Positions 10,322 through 19,679 are shown, counted from the first letter of the stretch. The stretch is 64,000 bases of DNA from Candidatus Bathyarchaeota archaeon (GCA_963828195.1 CAWHDT010000001.1:160001-224000); one strand, 5' to 3'. Numbers and translations are program-made. Notes: generated from the letters alone by a model not told the origin.

Positions 10322-10547
10322 CTTCCCAAGCCTCATCCTCCTCGTTACCCCATAATTCTTTCATCTTCGCCTGCTGAATCCTGTGGAGAAACTCGTCGTA
10401 TTGCCTACTCTTTCCAGATTCTTTCGCAGTTTTTATTAAAGTCAAGATTGTTTCGTTGTAGGTTTCTCGCGGGTATTTCCTGATGTTTTTTAGTTCTTTA
10501 ACTACTGATTTCTTAAGTTGAATGGTGGTAACATCTTTGTCTGTCAT
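10314..10547 (-). CDS. Antitoxin partner of the PemK/MazF toxin
   Basis: RHH-like TTIQLKKSVVKEL...ETYNETI; acidic tail KELWGNEEDEAW; translationally coupled to the toxin. Confidence 0.8.
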   Translation of the reverse strand: MTDKDVTTIQLKKSVVKELKNIRKYPRETYNETILTLIKTAKESGKSRQYDEFLHRIQQAKMKELWGNEEDEAWEDA

Positions 10548-10620
10548 TATAGGCTCGCTATAAGTATCTATGACGCATTATAATATATCTGTATCGCCAA
10601 GCTGCCTTAATTAAAAAATA

Positions 10621-10664
10621 GGGACTTCGGGTTCGCAGAGATTCGAATTTCTTCTCCGGCACCA
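10621..10664 (+). repeat. att-like repeat A4 (possible variable-arm remnant, ends in CCA)
   Basis: GGGACTTCGGGTTCGCAGAGATTCGAATTTCTTCTCCGGCACCA. Confidence 0.7.
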
Positions 10665-10840
10665 ATTTTTAAGTGTTTTCTGGGACGTTTCGGCTAAATA
10701 GTGACAATTTCTGGTTATGTAGAAACACCTCCGAAACAATCGAAATCTGGAGCAAAATTTTGCAAATGAAAAATATGAAAAGTGCGCGCCAAGAAAAGGC
10801 GACGCGGCATTGAACGATTTTTGTGAGTACAGAGATTGTT

Positions 10841-12550
10841 TTATTGGCTTCTGGAGTTTGCTCTGTTCGCTGCCATTTGCTTTCTCATTTGTTCGAGGGC
10901 TTTTTGGTCAAGGTAGTATTTTCCGTTGACTTCTTGGAAAACTTTTGTTTGTCCTGCACGTCTCTCCATGAAATCTTCAAATCGCGGCGGCAAGCCAAGT
11001 TGTTCGGCGGTCATGGCTTTTTCTGGGATAGTGGCTCCTTTCTGCTGGAAAGTGCTGACCAGTCGGCGGAATCGCTCTATACGCTCTTGTTGGCTTAGTA
11101 GTCTCTGCTGTGTTTGCTGAGTGGGTTGGGCGGCTTGGGTTGGGGTTTGTTGCGTCTGGATAGTTGGTGGTGGAGGTGCAACGTTAGGTTGGTTTGAAGT
11201 CACCTCGCTTTCTTCTGCTGCGCCGCTTCCATCATCGTTGTTTTTTGGATTTGAGGTGCTGACGCTTGATGAGCTAGCTGATCCTGCTGAGCTTCCAACT
11301 GCTCCACCTGATCCTTTTCCTCGTGTAAACTTGAAACCTACAATAGCAACGACAACTACGACTGCAACGACTCCGATGATTATGAACAGAAGACTGTTGG
11401 AGCTTGATGAGGGTGCGGTGGATGATGCGGGGGTGCTTGTTGGAGCTGAGGAGATAGCGGGGGTTGAAGTTGCAGTGGTTGAGGTTCCAGTGGCCGAATC
11501 CGACAGATATGAGACTGCGTTGGAGCCACCGTCAACTATGAATATCTCGCTTTTTGCAGAATCGTAAGCTACACCTAGTGCAAGGGGTCCATTGGAATCC
11601 GCACTTATTGGTAACTGAACAAGAGGAGCATACGCCACAACGTTGTTGCTTGAATCGGATATTGCAACGATGTAGGTGCCAGTTTCTTCGAATATTTCGG
11701 CCTTGCTAGTATCATAGGTTAAATCTGTAGGATTTCCTGAGTAGGTTGCAGATGCCAAGGTGTTAGTTGCGACAACGGAGTTGGAGCTATCAGATATTAC
11801 TTCGAACCCGCCGTCAACCTCGTCGGCTACGTATATTTCTCCTTTAGTTGAATCGTAAGCTAGCCCTTCTGGACCGTTTCCCGCGTTCACGGTTTTAACC
11901 ACCTGATTGTTGCTGTCTGTTATTACGGAAACGGTGGATGACAATTCGTTGGAGACAAATATTTCGTTTTTACCTTGATCATAAGCGACGCCGATTGGGC
12001 CGACTCCTACGGTTATGGTTGCTATCTCGGTGTTTGAGCTATCTGAGATGACTGAAACTGTGGATGGCGGAGGATTGGATTCTTGACTAGCCGCGTTATA
12101 ATTGGAATTTGCTACGAACAACTCGCCTTTTCCAGAATCATAAGCGATACCTTCGGGGCCTATTCCCACTGTAATGGTTTGAACTACAGAGTCAGAGCTG
12201 TCTGATATGACAGCTACCGAGCCATTGGTTGAGCCGTCGCCCTCATCAGTTACAAACAACTCTCCCTTCTGAGAATCATAAGCGATACCAGTGGGATATT
12301 GCCCTACTCCGCTTATAGTTTGAACCACTGAATTAGAGCTATCAGATATGACCGAGACTGTGCCGCCGCCCTGATTAGTTACAAATATTTCTCCTTTTAC
12401 AGAATCATAGGCAGCGTATTCTGGACTGCTCCCAACTGTTATTGTTGGTGGAACAGAAAGCTGCGTGACAGCGTGAACCATATTGGCCGCTGACAGGGCA
12501 AAAACCACAATTAATAAGGCACATAATAGTTTCCAAACTTTGACTTTCAT
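10841..12550 (-). CDS. Single-pass surface protein: YncE/YVTN beta-propeller, Ser/Thr linker, TM helix, cytoplasmic tail
   Basis: Signal peptide; repeats of GIAYDS.KGE.FV.N...TVSVISDS; TM LLFIIIGVVAVVVVVAIVG; Q-rich linker and small C-terminal domain. Confidence 0.9.
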   Translation of the reverse strand: MKVKVWKLLCALLIVVFALSAANMVHAVTQLSVPPTITVGSSPEYAAYDSVKGEIFVTNQGGGTVSVISDSSNSVVQTISGVGQYPTGIAYDSQKGELFVTDEGDGSTNGSVAVISDSSDSVVQTITVGIGPEGIAYDSGKGELFVANSNYNAASQESNPPPSTVSVISDSSNTEIATITVGVGPIGVAYDQGKNEIFVSNELSSTVSVITDSNNQVVKTVNAGNGPEGLAYDSTKGEIYVADEVDGGFEVISDSSNSVVATNTLASATYSGNPTDLTYDTSKAEIFEETGTYIVAISDSSNNVVAYAPLVQLPISADSNGPLALGVAYDSAKSEIFIVDGGSNAVSYLSDSATGTSTTATSTPAISSAPTSTPASSTAPSSSSNSLLFIIIGVVAVVVVVAIVGFKFTRGKGSGGAVGSSAGSASSSSVSTSNPKNNDDGSGAAEESEVTSNQPNVAPPPPTIQTQQTPTQAAQPTQQTQQRLLSQQERIERFRRLVSTFQQKGATIPEKAMTAEQLGLPPRFEDFMERRAGQTKVFQEVNGKYYLDQKALEQMRKQMAANRANSRSQ

Positions 12551-12872
12551 AAACATTCCTCAACATATTTTTCTGAAACAAACTAGATGTACTGAATTGT
12601 TTATTCATGCGTAACCTTCCCCACAAGCGGGTATATTTTTTGGAATTTAAAGCTTGCGCTAGCCTGATTCCATTAGGTTCAAGTAATTCACCGTCCGCTT
12701 AATATGTAAAATTTTTATAAAGTATAGATTAGTAAAAAGCAAAAAAAATCAAATTTTAATAAATTCTGATACCCTCCCAAAAAATGGCAAGTAATCAATT
12801 GCAGGTAATCTTCTATATGTTGGTTGAAATAATAGTCTTAAGTGATGAGATCGTGAAGCGTCTCTACCATCT

Positions 12873-12897
12873 TGGTGGCTCTGCTAGGTTTGAACCC
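12873..12897 (-). repeat. Degenerate tRNA 3'-end remnant, family B, with CCA
   Basis: Reverse complement GGGTTCAAACCTAGCAGAGCCACCA. Confidence 0.55.
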
Positions 12898-12912
12898 AAT
12901 TTTTAGGCTCTT

Positions 12913-12953
12913 GTTATCGGTAAATTGGGGTTCTAATCCCTTCCTCGGCGCCA
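12913..12953 (+). repeat. att-like repeat A5 at the accessory/core boundary
   Basis: GTTATCGGTAAATTGGGGTTCTAATCCCTTCCTCGGCGCCA. Confidence 0.8.
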
Positions 12954-13101
12954 AACTCGCATGCACCGCATCTCCAAAGACTCGATTTTTCGGCAACCAT
13001 TATGCTCAAAATCAATACTCAATGAATCACAGCAGATTTCCATAATGTTTTTCTTCTCACAAGACGAAGGCTTGTAGTTGCATATCCTGAAGTGGAATTA
13101 A

Positions 13102-13642
13102 ATGGTGGAAAATACGGTGAAGGACCCTGGCCCAATCTGGATAAGCCGAGAATTCGCAAAATGCAGCGGCTGCCGCAAATGCGAGATCGCGTGCTCTCTG
13201 CATCATGAAAATAAAATCTGGCCTGAAGCCTCAAGAGTTCGCGTGTTCATGCCTAGTTCCAGGCACAGAATTCCCTCATTTATGCACTCAATGCGAAGAT
13301 TACCCGTGTGTTAGAGCTTGCCCCTTTAAAGCTCTGGATATAAACAAGGAAACCAGCGCAGTAACCGTTAACGTGGACAAGTGCAAGGGCTGTGGCAAAT
13401 GCGTGGATGCTTGCCCGGGGAAAGTTCCGCATGTTCACCCAGAGAGTAAGAAGATTTTGATCTGTGACTTGTGTGGCGGAGATCCGAAGTGCGCCAAAGT
13501 ATGCCAAGAAGGCGGCTGGAACTGCTTAAAAGCGGTTGACCGTGGAGATCACGAGTTCAAACTTTATGCGCGTATCCCCGAGGAGACTGCAAGAAACCTC
13601 GCCACTAAGTTGTATGGCGAGAAAGCGGAGGAGTTTTTCTGA
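13102..13642 (+). pseudogene. 4Fe-4S dicluster electron-transfer subunit, frameshifted (or sequence error)
   Basis: CSGCRKCEIAC in one frame; CTQCEDYPC, CKGCGKCVDAC, CDLCGGDPKC in the next; one extra C at 13252-13253 (ATG-C-CTA-GTT). Confidence 0.85.
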
Positions 13643-15510
13643 TGCTTGGCTACGCTGGAAAATTCTTGGAAGTGGACCTGTCAACTTCAACCGTTAAAAA
13701 CACGACGGTTCCTGACGAGTGGCTAAAAGACTTCATGGGGGGCAGGGCGTTAGCCGTTAAAATCCTAAGCGAAAGATTAATCGATAAATGGGAGAAGGTT
13801 GACCCTCTTGGACCCGAAAACCTGCTGTTGTTAATGACTGGGCCTTTCACAGGGTATTTTCCAGGTGGTAGAACATGCGTCACAGGCAAATCGCCCCAAA
13901 GCAACGGCGTAGTTGGCTCTACGGTCGGCGGCGAATTCGGAGTTGAGCTTAGATGCGCAGGTTACGACGGCGTAATAGTGTCGGGAAAAGCTGAGAAACC
14001 AGTTTACCTGTTCATAAAGGATTCTGATGTGGAACTCAGGGACGCCGGCGACATCTGGGGCAAAGATGGCAAACAAACCGATGCCTTGTTGAACCGCGAA
14101 TGCCGACGCTTGCTGTCTGAGCGCTACCCGCACGTGGGTGTTTGGAAGGAGCCGGCTAAACTTTACATTGGACCTGCTGGTGAACGGAAAGTTCGACCCT
14201 CGGTTGTTGTGGCTAAATGGACTCACGCTGCAGGTTACGGCGGATACGGCGCAGTTATGGGGTCAAAAAACCTTAAAGCCGTCGCTGTTAAAGGCACGGG
14301 ACCGCTTCCTGAAGTTGCGGATTTGGAGAAAGTCAAGCAAATGATTGATGAAGTCTGCAAAGGCGCCTATAGGAACGTGTTGTGGCGCAGGTGGGGAACT
14401 GGGGGAGGAGGCTACAGTTTCGGAGCCGAAACCAGTTCTGAACCTATTCGCAATTGGCAGGAAGAATGGCATGACCAGAGAAGCTACGGTGTAGACCAGT
14501 TTGAGAGCAAAGTTTGGGTTAAACCTGCATGGAGCGATTTCGGCTGCCCCACAAACTGCTTGAAAATCAGCTGCATCCGCGCGGGAAAATACAAGGGTGC
14601 TATAACAGATAATCCTGATTATGAGCTGCAGGCTTTTCTGGGTCCAAATTTGGGTTTGTTTACACCTGAAGAAAACGTGCATTTGTCCTCGCTTATTGAA
14701 GATTTAGGTATGTGTGGCATCCAAGCTGGCAGCGTAATGGGTTTTGCAGCTGAGCTTTTTCAACGCAGCATCTTAACCAAGGCTGATCTGGAGGGGTTGG
14801 AGTTGAAATGGGGCGACATCGACGCTTTCGCAGCTTTGGCAAAGAAAATCGCTTATCGAGAAGGCATAGGCGACTTACTGGCTGAAGGGACATACCGAGC
14901 TGCACTCAAAATTGGGAAGATGAAAAACAAAAACCTCTTACCCTACACTGTAACAAGCAAAGGCATCAGTATCGGTGCCCACGGCATCAGAAGCGGAAGA
15001 GACTTCTCAAGAGAAATAGGCTACGCCTGCAGCGTTCAGGGCGGCGACCATTCATCCATGACGGATTTGCCCATTGACGGATGGGGCAGTGAGATTTGGC
15101 AAATATTTAACGATTCAGCAGTAATGTGCATTTTCACTTCTTTCAGCATATCACCGAGCTTTAGATATGAATTCTACAATGCCGTGACAGGTCAAAGTTT
15201 AAGTCGCAATGGATGGCTAAACGGCGGAGGAATGAAAACGCTGCAGATACAGAGGGCTCTTCTGCTTTTTGGTGGACCCGATTTAAAGTGGAACCCGAAA
15301 GTTGACGATGATAACCCAGAGAGGTTCTATGAGCCGCTGCCTTCGGGACCATGCAAGGGGCAAGCCGCTGACAGGGCAAGTGTAAAGCAGAAAGTGCGTC
15401 AATATTACGAGCAAGCAGGGTGGGACCAAAGCGGCACACCTACATCTGAGACACTACGCAAACTGAATTTAGAATATGTAGATAAAAACTTAAACAGGGT
15501 AAGAAGTTAA
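13642..15510 (+). CDS. aor: Aldehyde:ferredoxin oxidoreductase family (tungsten) enzyme
   Basis: GYAGKFLEVDLS, KSPQSNG, GAVMGSKNLKAVAV, REGIGDLLAEG, YYEQAGWD motifs. Confidence 0.92.
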   Translation: MLGYAGKFLEVDLSTSTVKNTTVPDEWLKDFMGGRALAVKILSERLIDKWEKVDPLGPENLLLLMTGPFTGYFPGGRTCVTGKSPQSNGVVGSTVGGEFGVELRCAGYDGVIVSGKAEKPVYLFIKDSDVELRDAGDIWGKDGKQTDALLNRECRRLLSERYPHVGVWKEPAKLYIGPAGERKVRPSVVVAKWTHAAGYGGYGAVMGSKNLKAVAVKGTGPLPEVADLEKVKQMIDEVCKGAYRNVLWRRWGTGGGGYSFGAETSSEPIRNWQEEWHDQRSYGVDQFESKVWVKPAWSDFGCPTNCLKISCIRAGKYKGAITDNPDYELQAFLGPNLGLFTPEENVHLSSLIEDLGMCGIQAGSVMGFAAELFQRSILTKADLEGLELKWGDIDAFAALAKKIAYREGIGDLLAEGTYRAALKIGKMKNKNLLPYTVTSKGISIGAHGIRSGRDFSREIGYACSVQGGDHSSMTDLPIDGWGSEIWQIFNDSAVMCIFTSFSISPSFRYEFYNAVTGQSLSRNGWLNGGGMKTLQIQRALLLFGGPDLKWNPKVDDDNPERFYEPLPSGPCKGQAADRASVKQKVRQYYEQAGWDQSGTPTSETLRKLNLEYVDKNLNRVRS

Positions 15511-15550
15511 ATCTACCAAAAAATAGGCAGAGAATTTTGGGGAAAAAGTC

Positions 15551-15838
15551 TTAGCCCATGAATGTTGGGTGTGCGTCTTCCTCGTTAATGTGGTGCATAA
15601 CATGAATAGCTAGTCCAGTGGCGGCGCCTGCGGAAAGCCCCAAAAGCAAATCGGTGACAGCTGCAATTTGTCCGACTAACCCTAAAACTACAAGCGCATC
15701 GAAAACTAAAGCAACGCCCAAATAACCTGCACACCACATTTTGACGCTCATTCCCCGCGGCTTGTTTATGCCTATGCCGCCTAAGAAACCGAACATAATC
15801 AGGAAGCCGATTAAAGCGAATATCCAATCGTAACTCAA
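15551..15838 (-). CDS. Small integral membrane protein (three TM helices)
   Basis: Three hydrophobic segments; His-rich C-terminus. Confidence 0.7.
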   Translation of the reverse strand: MSYDWIFALIGFLIMFGFLGGIGINKPRGMSVKMWCAGYLGVALVFDALVVLGLVGQIAAVTDLLLGLSAGAATGLAIHVMHHINEEDAHPTFMG

Positions 15839-15988
15839 ATTTTTTCACCTGTCAGTCTGGCTATGTTCATTTAGAGCTTTATTAGCTTATCGAATTCAAG
15901 TCTGATAAAGGAAGCATGATTTGAAATTTGAGGATACATACCGCTAGGTTTTATTACCTTCATCGAAGAATCTTAACTACCTTAGGAT

Positions 15989-18100
15989 GTGGATGACTTA
16001 ACAAAATTCGATGCGGAGCAATGCCATAAGTGGGCTCAACTTTTACTTGCAAGGCAACAAAAACTCAACAATGCCCTAACCGCAATAACGGCAGAAGACT
16101 TTGATTTAGCAAAGAAGTTGTTTTCTCAAATTTTTATGGGAGTAAACGGCGGCGGCAAACAGGCTGACCCAGGCATGGCTGGCGCGCTCTTGTACCATAT
16201 GGCTATGGTTACAAAGATGGAGTCGGAAACACAGGTGCTTATTGACGAGTTGCACATAGACTTACCCGATGTATCTAATGAACTGGGCAAGATTTACAGT
16301 GATTTTGAATCTGACGCGGAAGAACTCACCAAAAAAATTGTCCCTTTCACTTTAGACCTTCACCGAATAGCATCAACGCCACATCTTGAAACCGTGGAAA
16401 AAATCAATCTTTTTACAAGTTTAACTAAGGAAAACAAATCAGTCGAAAACCTACTAAACAACAAAAAACCTGAGGCGGCTACTGAACTAAAAAAATTGTT
16501 CGGTCTGTGGGCGCATCAGATCATACGAATGCGTTTGATTCAAGAATACGAAACAATAAGGGGTTTACTGGTTACAGCTGAACTGGCAAAAAACATCGGT
16601 GTGCCAGCGCTTGAAAATACAATGCAGAGGATACAGGACAAGTTTGGTCAAGAAACTGTCAACATAGCTCTGGACGTAACGCTTAAAGTTGGAATGAAGC
16701 GGGAGAAACTGCAGTCAGTCATGTTGAGCGACCACTTCATAAATTACACGATGTCCGCGGACACTTTGGATGGGAAAATGGAGTTTTTGAATTGCCCGAT
16801 TTTTGGAAGCCACAAATATGCTGAGGAGAAATATGGTGTAAGCTCTGGAGCAGCGTCTCTTTTCTGTACCCATTTCTGTTTTGCTCACGCCAAAGCAATG
16901 CTGGATACAGTTCTTCCTTTTCCATTTACGCTTTGGCAGCTTAAACGGATGGCGACTCATGGCAACTGCGTGTATTACCTGAAACTTGCTCATTCCCCGC
17001 TGGCGGAGGCGGCTGAACGGTTTGTTCCGCTGGTTATGTCGTGGAACGTCACGCGCGAATGCAACATGAAATGTTCCCATTGCTACATTAACGCAACGGA
17101 CAAAAAACTTGAGAACGAATTAACCACTCAAGAAGCCAAAAATCTTATGGACCAAATCTACCAAGTTAGCGCACCACTGTTAATATTGAGCGGCGGTGAG
17201 CCTCTTTTGCGCCGAGACATTTTTGAACTCATAAGCTATGGCTCAAAGAAGGGTTTGAAGATGGGGCTAGGAAGCAACGGAAGCCTCATTGATGCGACAG
17301 TGGCGAAAAAACTTAAGGATGCTGGAATAGCAACTGTTTCAATTAGCTTGGATTCCAATATTCCTGCGCAGCATGACGAGTTTAGGGGAGTGGCTGGCGC
17401 ATGGGAAAAAGCAGTTGAAGCCTGTAAGGCTTTGAGAAAAAACAATGTGCTTGTTCAAGTAAACGCAACCTTAACACAGCAAAACTACAATCAGATAGAT
17501 GACATAATGTCATTGGCTGAGAGCATAGGTGTTGAAAATTTCCACTTGTTTTTCCTTGTTCCAACGGGCAGAGGCACAAAATTAACCGATATTTCCCCAG
17601 AAAAATATGAAGAAATGATAACAAAAACTTTCGCGAAAACTGCGAATCACAAGCTAAATGTGAGGCCTTCCTGTGCGCCCCAGTTTATGCGGATATCCAA
17701 AGACATGGGTTTGGACATGCGACAGTGGATTCGGGGTTGCATGGCAGGACTATACTATTGCCGCATTTACGCAAACGGAGATGTTACACCCTGTCCTTAC
17801 CTGCCAGTTAAACTGGGGAATGTACGGGAGAAGAGTTTTAAAGACATATGGTTTAACTCAAAAGTCTTCCAAACGCTAAGAGATCCCAATCAGTTGAAGG
17901 GCAAATGCGGAATCTGCGAATACCGGTCCTTATGTGGGGGCTGCCGAGCACGCGCCTATGGTCTCTCAAACGACTTCATAGATTTCTGCGGAGATCTCCA
18001 TGAACCCGCAGAGTTAAAAAGTGATTATCTCGCTGAGGATCCATGGTGCGTCTATCAGCCAAAAACGAAGCAAAAAGCAACAGATAACCAAAGCAAGTAA
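15989..18100 (+). CDS. Radical SAM/SPASM protein (AhbC/AhbD/NirJ-like) with ~345-aa N-terminal extension
   Basis: WNVTRECNMKCSHC, SGGEPLLR, SPASM GCMAG...VTPC...KCGICEYRSLCGGCRARA...EDPWC. Confidence 0.9.
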   Translation: MDDLTKFDAEQCHKWAQLLLARQQKLNNALTAITAEDFDLAKKLFSQIFMGVNGGGKQADPGMAGALLYHMAMVTKMESETQVLIDELHIDLPDVSNELGKIYSDFESDAEELTKKIVPFTLDLHRIASTPHLETVEKINLFTSLTKENKSVENLLNNKKPEAATELKKLFGLWAHQIIRMRLIQEYETIRGLLVTAELAKNIGVPALENTMQRIQDKFGQETVNIALDVTLKVGMKREKLQSVMLSDHFINYTMSADTLDGKMEFLNCPIFGSHKYAEEKYGVSSGAASLFCTHFCFAHAKAMLDTVLPFPFTLWQLKRMATHGNCVYYLKLAHSPLAEAAERFVPLVMSWNVTRECNMKCSHCYINATDKKLENELTTQEAKNLMDQIYQVSAPLLILSGGEPLLRRDIFELISYGSKKGLKMGLGSNGSLIDATVAKKLKDAGIATVSISLDSNIPAQHDEFRGVAGAWEKAVEACKALRKNNVLVQVNATLTQQNYNQIDDIMSLAESIGVENFHLFFLVPTGRGTKLTDISPEKYEEMITKTFAKTANHKLNVRPSCAPQFMRISKDMGLDMRQWIRGCMAGLYYCRIYANGDVTPCPYLPVKLGNVREKSFKDIWFNSKVFQTLRDPNQLKGKCGICEYRSLCGGCRARAYGLSNDFIDFCGDLHEPAELKSDYLAEDPWCVYQPKTKQKATDNQSK

Positions 18101-18255
18101 GAGAAAACGGTTTAGCTGAAAACTCTCGCGGCAGAAACTATTTAAACCATCATTGTCTTTCAAAAACTTTAATCGGCAGTTAAAATGGCTTTGGCAGCCC
18201 GCAAACACAGAAATAGGTAAACTGTGGACCGCCAACTGAACGTGAGGGTGACTAA

Positions 18256-18411
18256 ATGGTTAGAGTCCACAAATCAACAAATACCAAAGAGGGTACTTTA
18301 GGAACAGCTTCGATAATTAAGGTAAGAAGGCACTTTGATTTTCTTCAAGGGGCATTCAATAATTTTCCGAATTTAATTAGAAAAAACATTTTCCGCTCCT
18401 TTGAAACTTAA
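18256..18411 (+). CDS. Putative 51-aa upstream ORF before the MgtE-type gene
   Basis: SD-like GAGGGTGA 4 nt before ATG; open to TAA at 18409-18411 (MVRVHKSTNTKEG...FRSFET). Confidence 0.35.
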   Translation: MVRVHKSTNTKEGTLGTASIIKVRRHFDFLQGAFNNFPNLIRKNIFRSFET

Positions 18412-18461
18412 CGGAGGCAACCGGGATTTCAAATGGCAGCCTTTCCAAAAGTTTCAGAGGA

Positions 18462-19625
18462 ATGTTCAAAGAGACCGCCTTAGCTTACTCGTTTGACATA
18501 GCGGGTTTGCTTGCTGGTTTTCTTATTGCTTATCAACTCAACGTTTTCAGGCTTTCACCTTGGGCGTTGGCCCTTTATCCAGCGCTAATAAGCATAAGAG
18601 TAATTAACGGGTTGCTTAGTGGACGCTTAAGCACTGCACTGCATCTTGGAACGATTTATCCGCGGTTTTCTGGAAACACGAAAAGCTTCAACAAATTAAT
18701 CCATGCCGTAATCGTTTTGACTTTGGTAACAAGCTTAACGGTGAGTGTAGTTTCGCTGCTTTTCGGTTACTTGCTTTGGGGAATAACTTTGGCCGATTTC
18801 CCTGCGATAGTGGCAGTGATGGTTTCAACTTTGGCTATCGGTTTGGTTTTTTCTGTCGTGACGATTAAACTTGCTTTTATCTCGTTTCAACGAGGATTAG
18901 ACCCAGACATCATCGTTTACCCAATAATATCAACTGCATCCAGCATTTTCATTACATTCTGCTACATTGGGGTTTTAAACTTGTTTTTCTTTTTGCCACT
19001 TGTTGGCCGTGTAGCAATCGTCGCTTTCGGCTTAACGCATGTGCTTCTTGTTTTGTATTTAGTGGCGAAGGACGGTCATGAACCCGAATTTGTAAAAACT
19101 ATACGTGAATCCTTGATTATGTTAATGTTTGTAGCGCTAATTTTAACTCTAACTGGAACGATTTTCAAGGGGATAGATCGCGTGGCTGAAAACAGAAAAG
19201 AAATTTACACGATTTACCCAGCTTTAATTAATATGGTTAGTAATGTAGGTTCAGTTGTAGGCTCCACAGCTAACACCAAGCTTTCTTTAGGATTACTTAA
19301 GCCCTCTTTCTCCTCGATAAAAAATCACGCCAGAAACATCGGCAGCGCGTGGGTAGCTTCACTTTTAATTTTCACCGTTTTAGCCTTAATATCGTTAGCT
19401 ATTAACCGTGTGTTTCTACCAGCCAGCGTACTTGATTTTTTGGCCATAATTGTGGTATCTAACATTATAGCTGTTACTGCAATAGTTATTTTATCCTACT
19501 GGATTTCGATAGAAACGTTCAGAAGGGGCTTAAACCCTGAGAATTTTGTTATACCGATTGAAACGTCAGTTGCGACCATTATTACTTCAACCGCCTTGCT
19601 AATCGCAATTGTTTTAATACTGTAG
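18462..19625 (+). CDS. MgtE-type divalent cation transporter (duplicated membrane domain)
   Basis: Many TM helices; RLSTALHLG, RGLDPDIIVYP and RGLNPENFVIP repeats. Confidence 0.88.
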   Translation: MFKETALAYSFDIAGLLAGFLIAYQLNVFRLSPWALALYPALISIRVINGLLSGRLSTALHLGTIYPRFSGNTKSFNKLIHAVIVLTLVTSLTVSVVSLLFGYLLWGITLADFPAIVAVMVSTLAIGLVFSVVTIKLAFISFQRGLDPDIIVYPIISTASSIFITFCYIGVLNLFFFLPLVGRVAIVAFGLTHVLLVLYLVAKDGHEPEFVKTIRESLIMLMFVALILTLTGTIFKGIDRVAENRKEIYTIYPALINMVSNVGSVVGSTANTKLSLGLLKPSFSSIKNHARNIGSAWVASLLIFTVLALISLAINRVFLPASVLDFLAIIVVSNIIAVTAIVILSYWISIETFRRGLNPENFVIPIETSVATIITSTALLIAIVLIL

Positions 19626-19679
19626 GTTGGAGCATGATTAAAATATTTCAGAACACATTTTATTTTGGAGAACGAATAC

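Noticed and set aside
6930-12953. CRISPR array or classical integron attC sites
   Set aside because: Spacing is 0.7-2.3 kb with genes between copies; no cas genes; no RYYYAAC...GTTRRRY hairpins or intI gene seen
1-13000. Intact tRNA genes at the GTTCGAATCC-like motifs
   Set aside because: Only T-arm and acceptor 3' halves are present; no D arm, anticodon arm or matching 5' acceptor strand
18190-18250. M-box (ykoK) riboswitch upstream of the MgtE-type gene
   Set aside because: Only GCAGCCC..AAA and GCCAA resemble it; the conserved 5' AGGTGAGGCT and the 3' elements are missing
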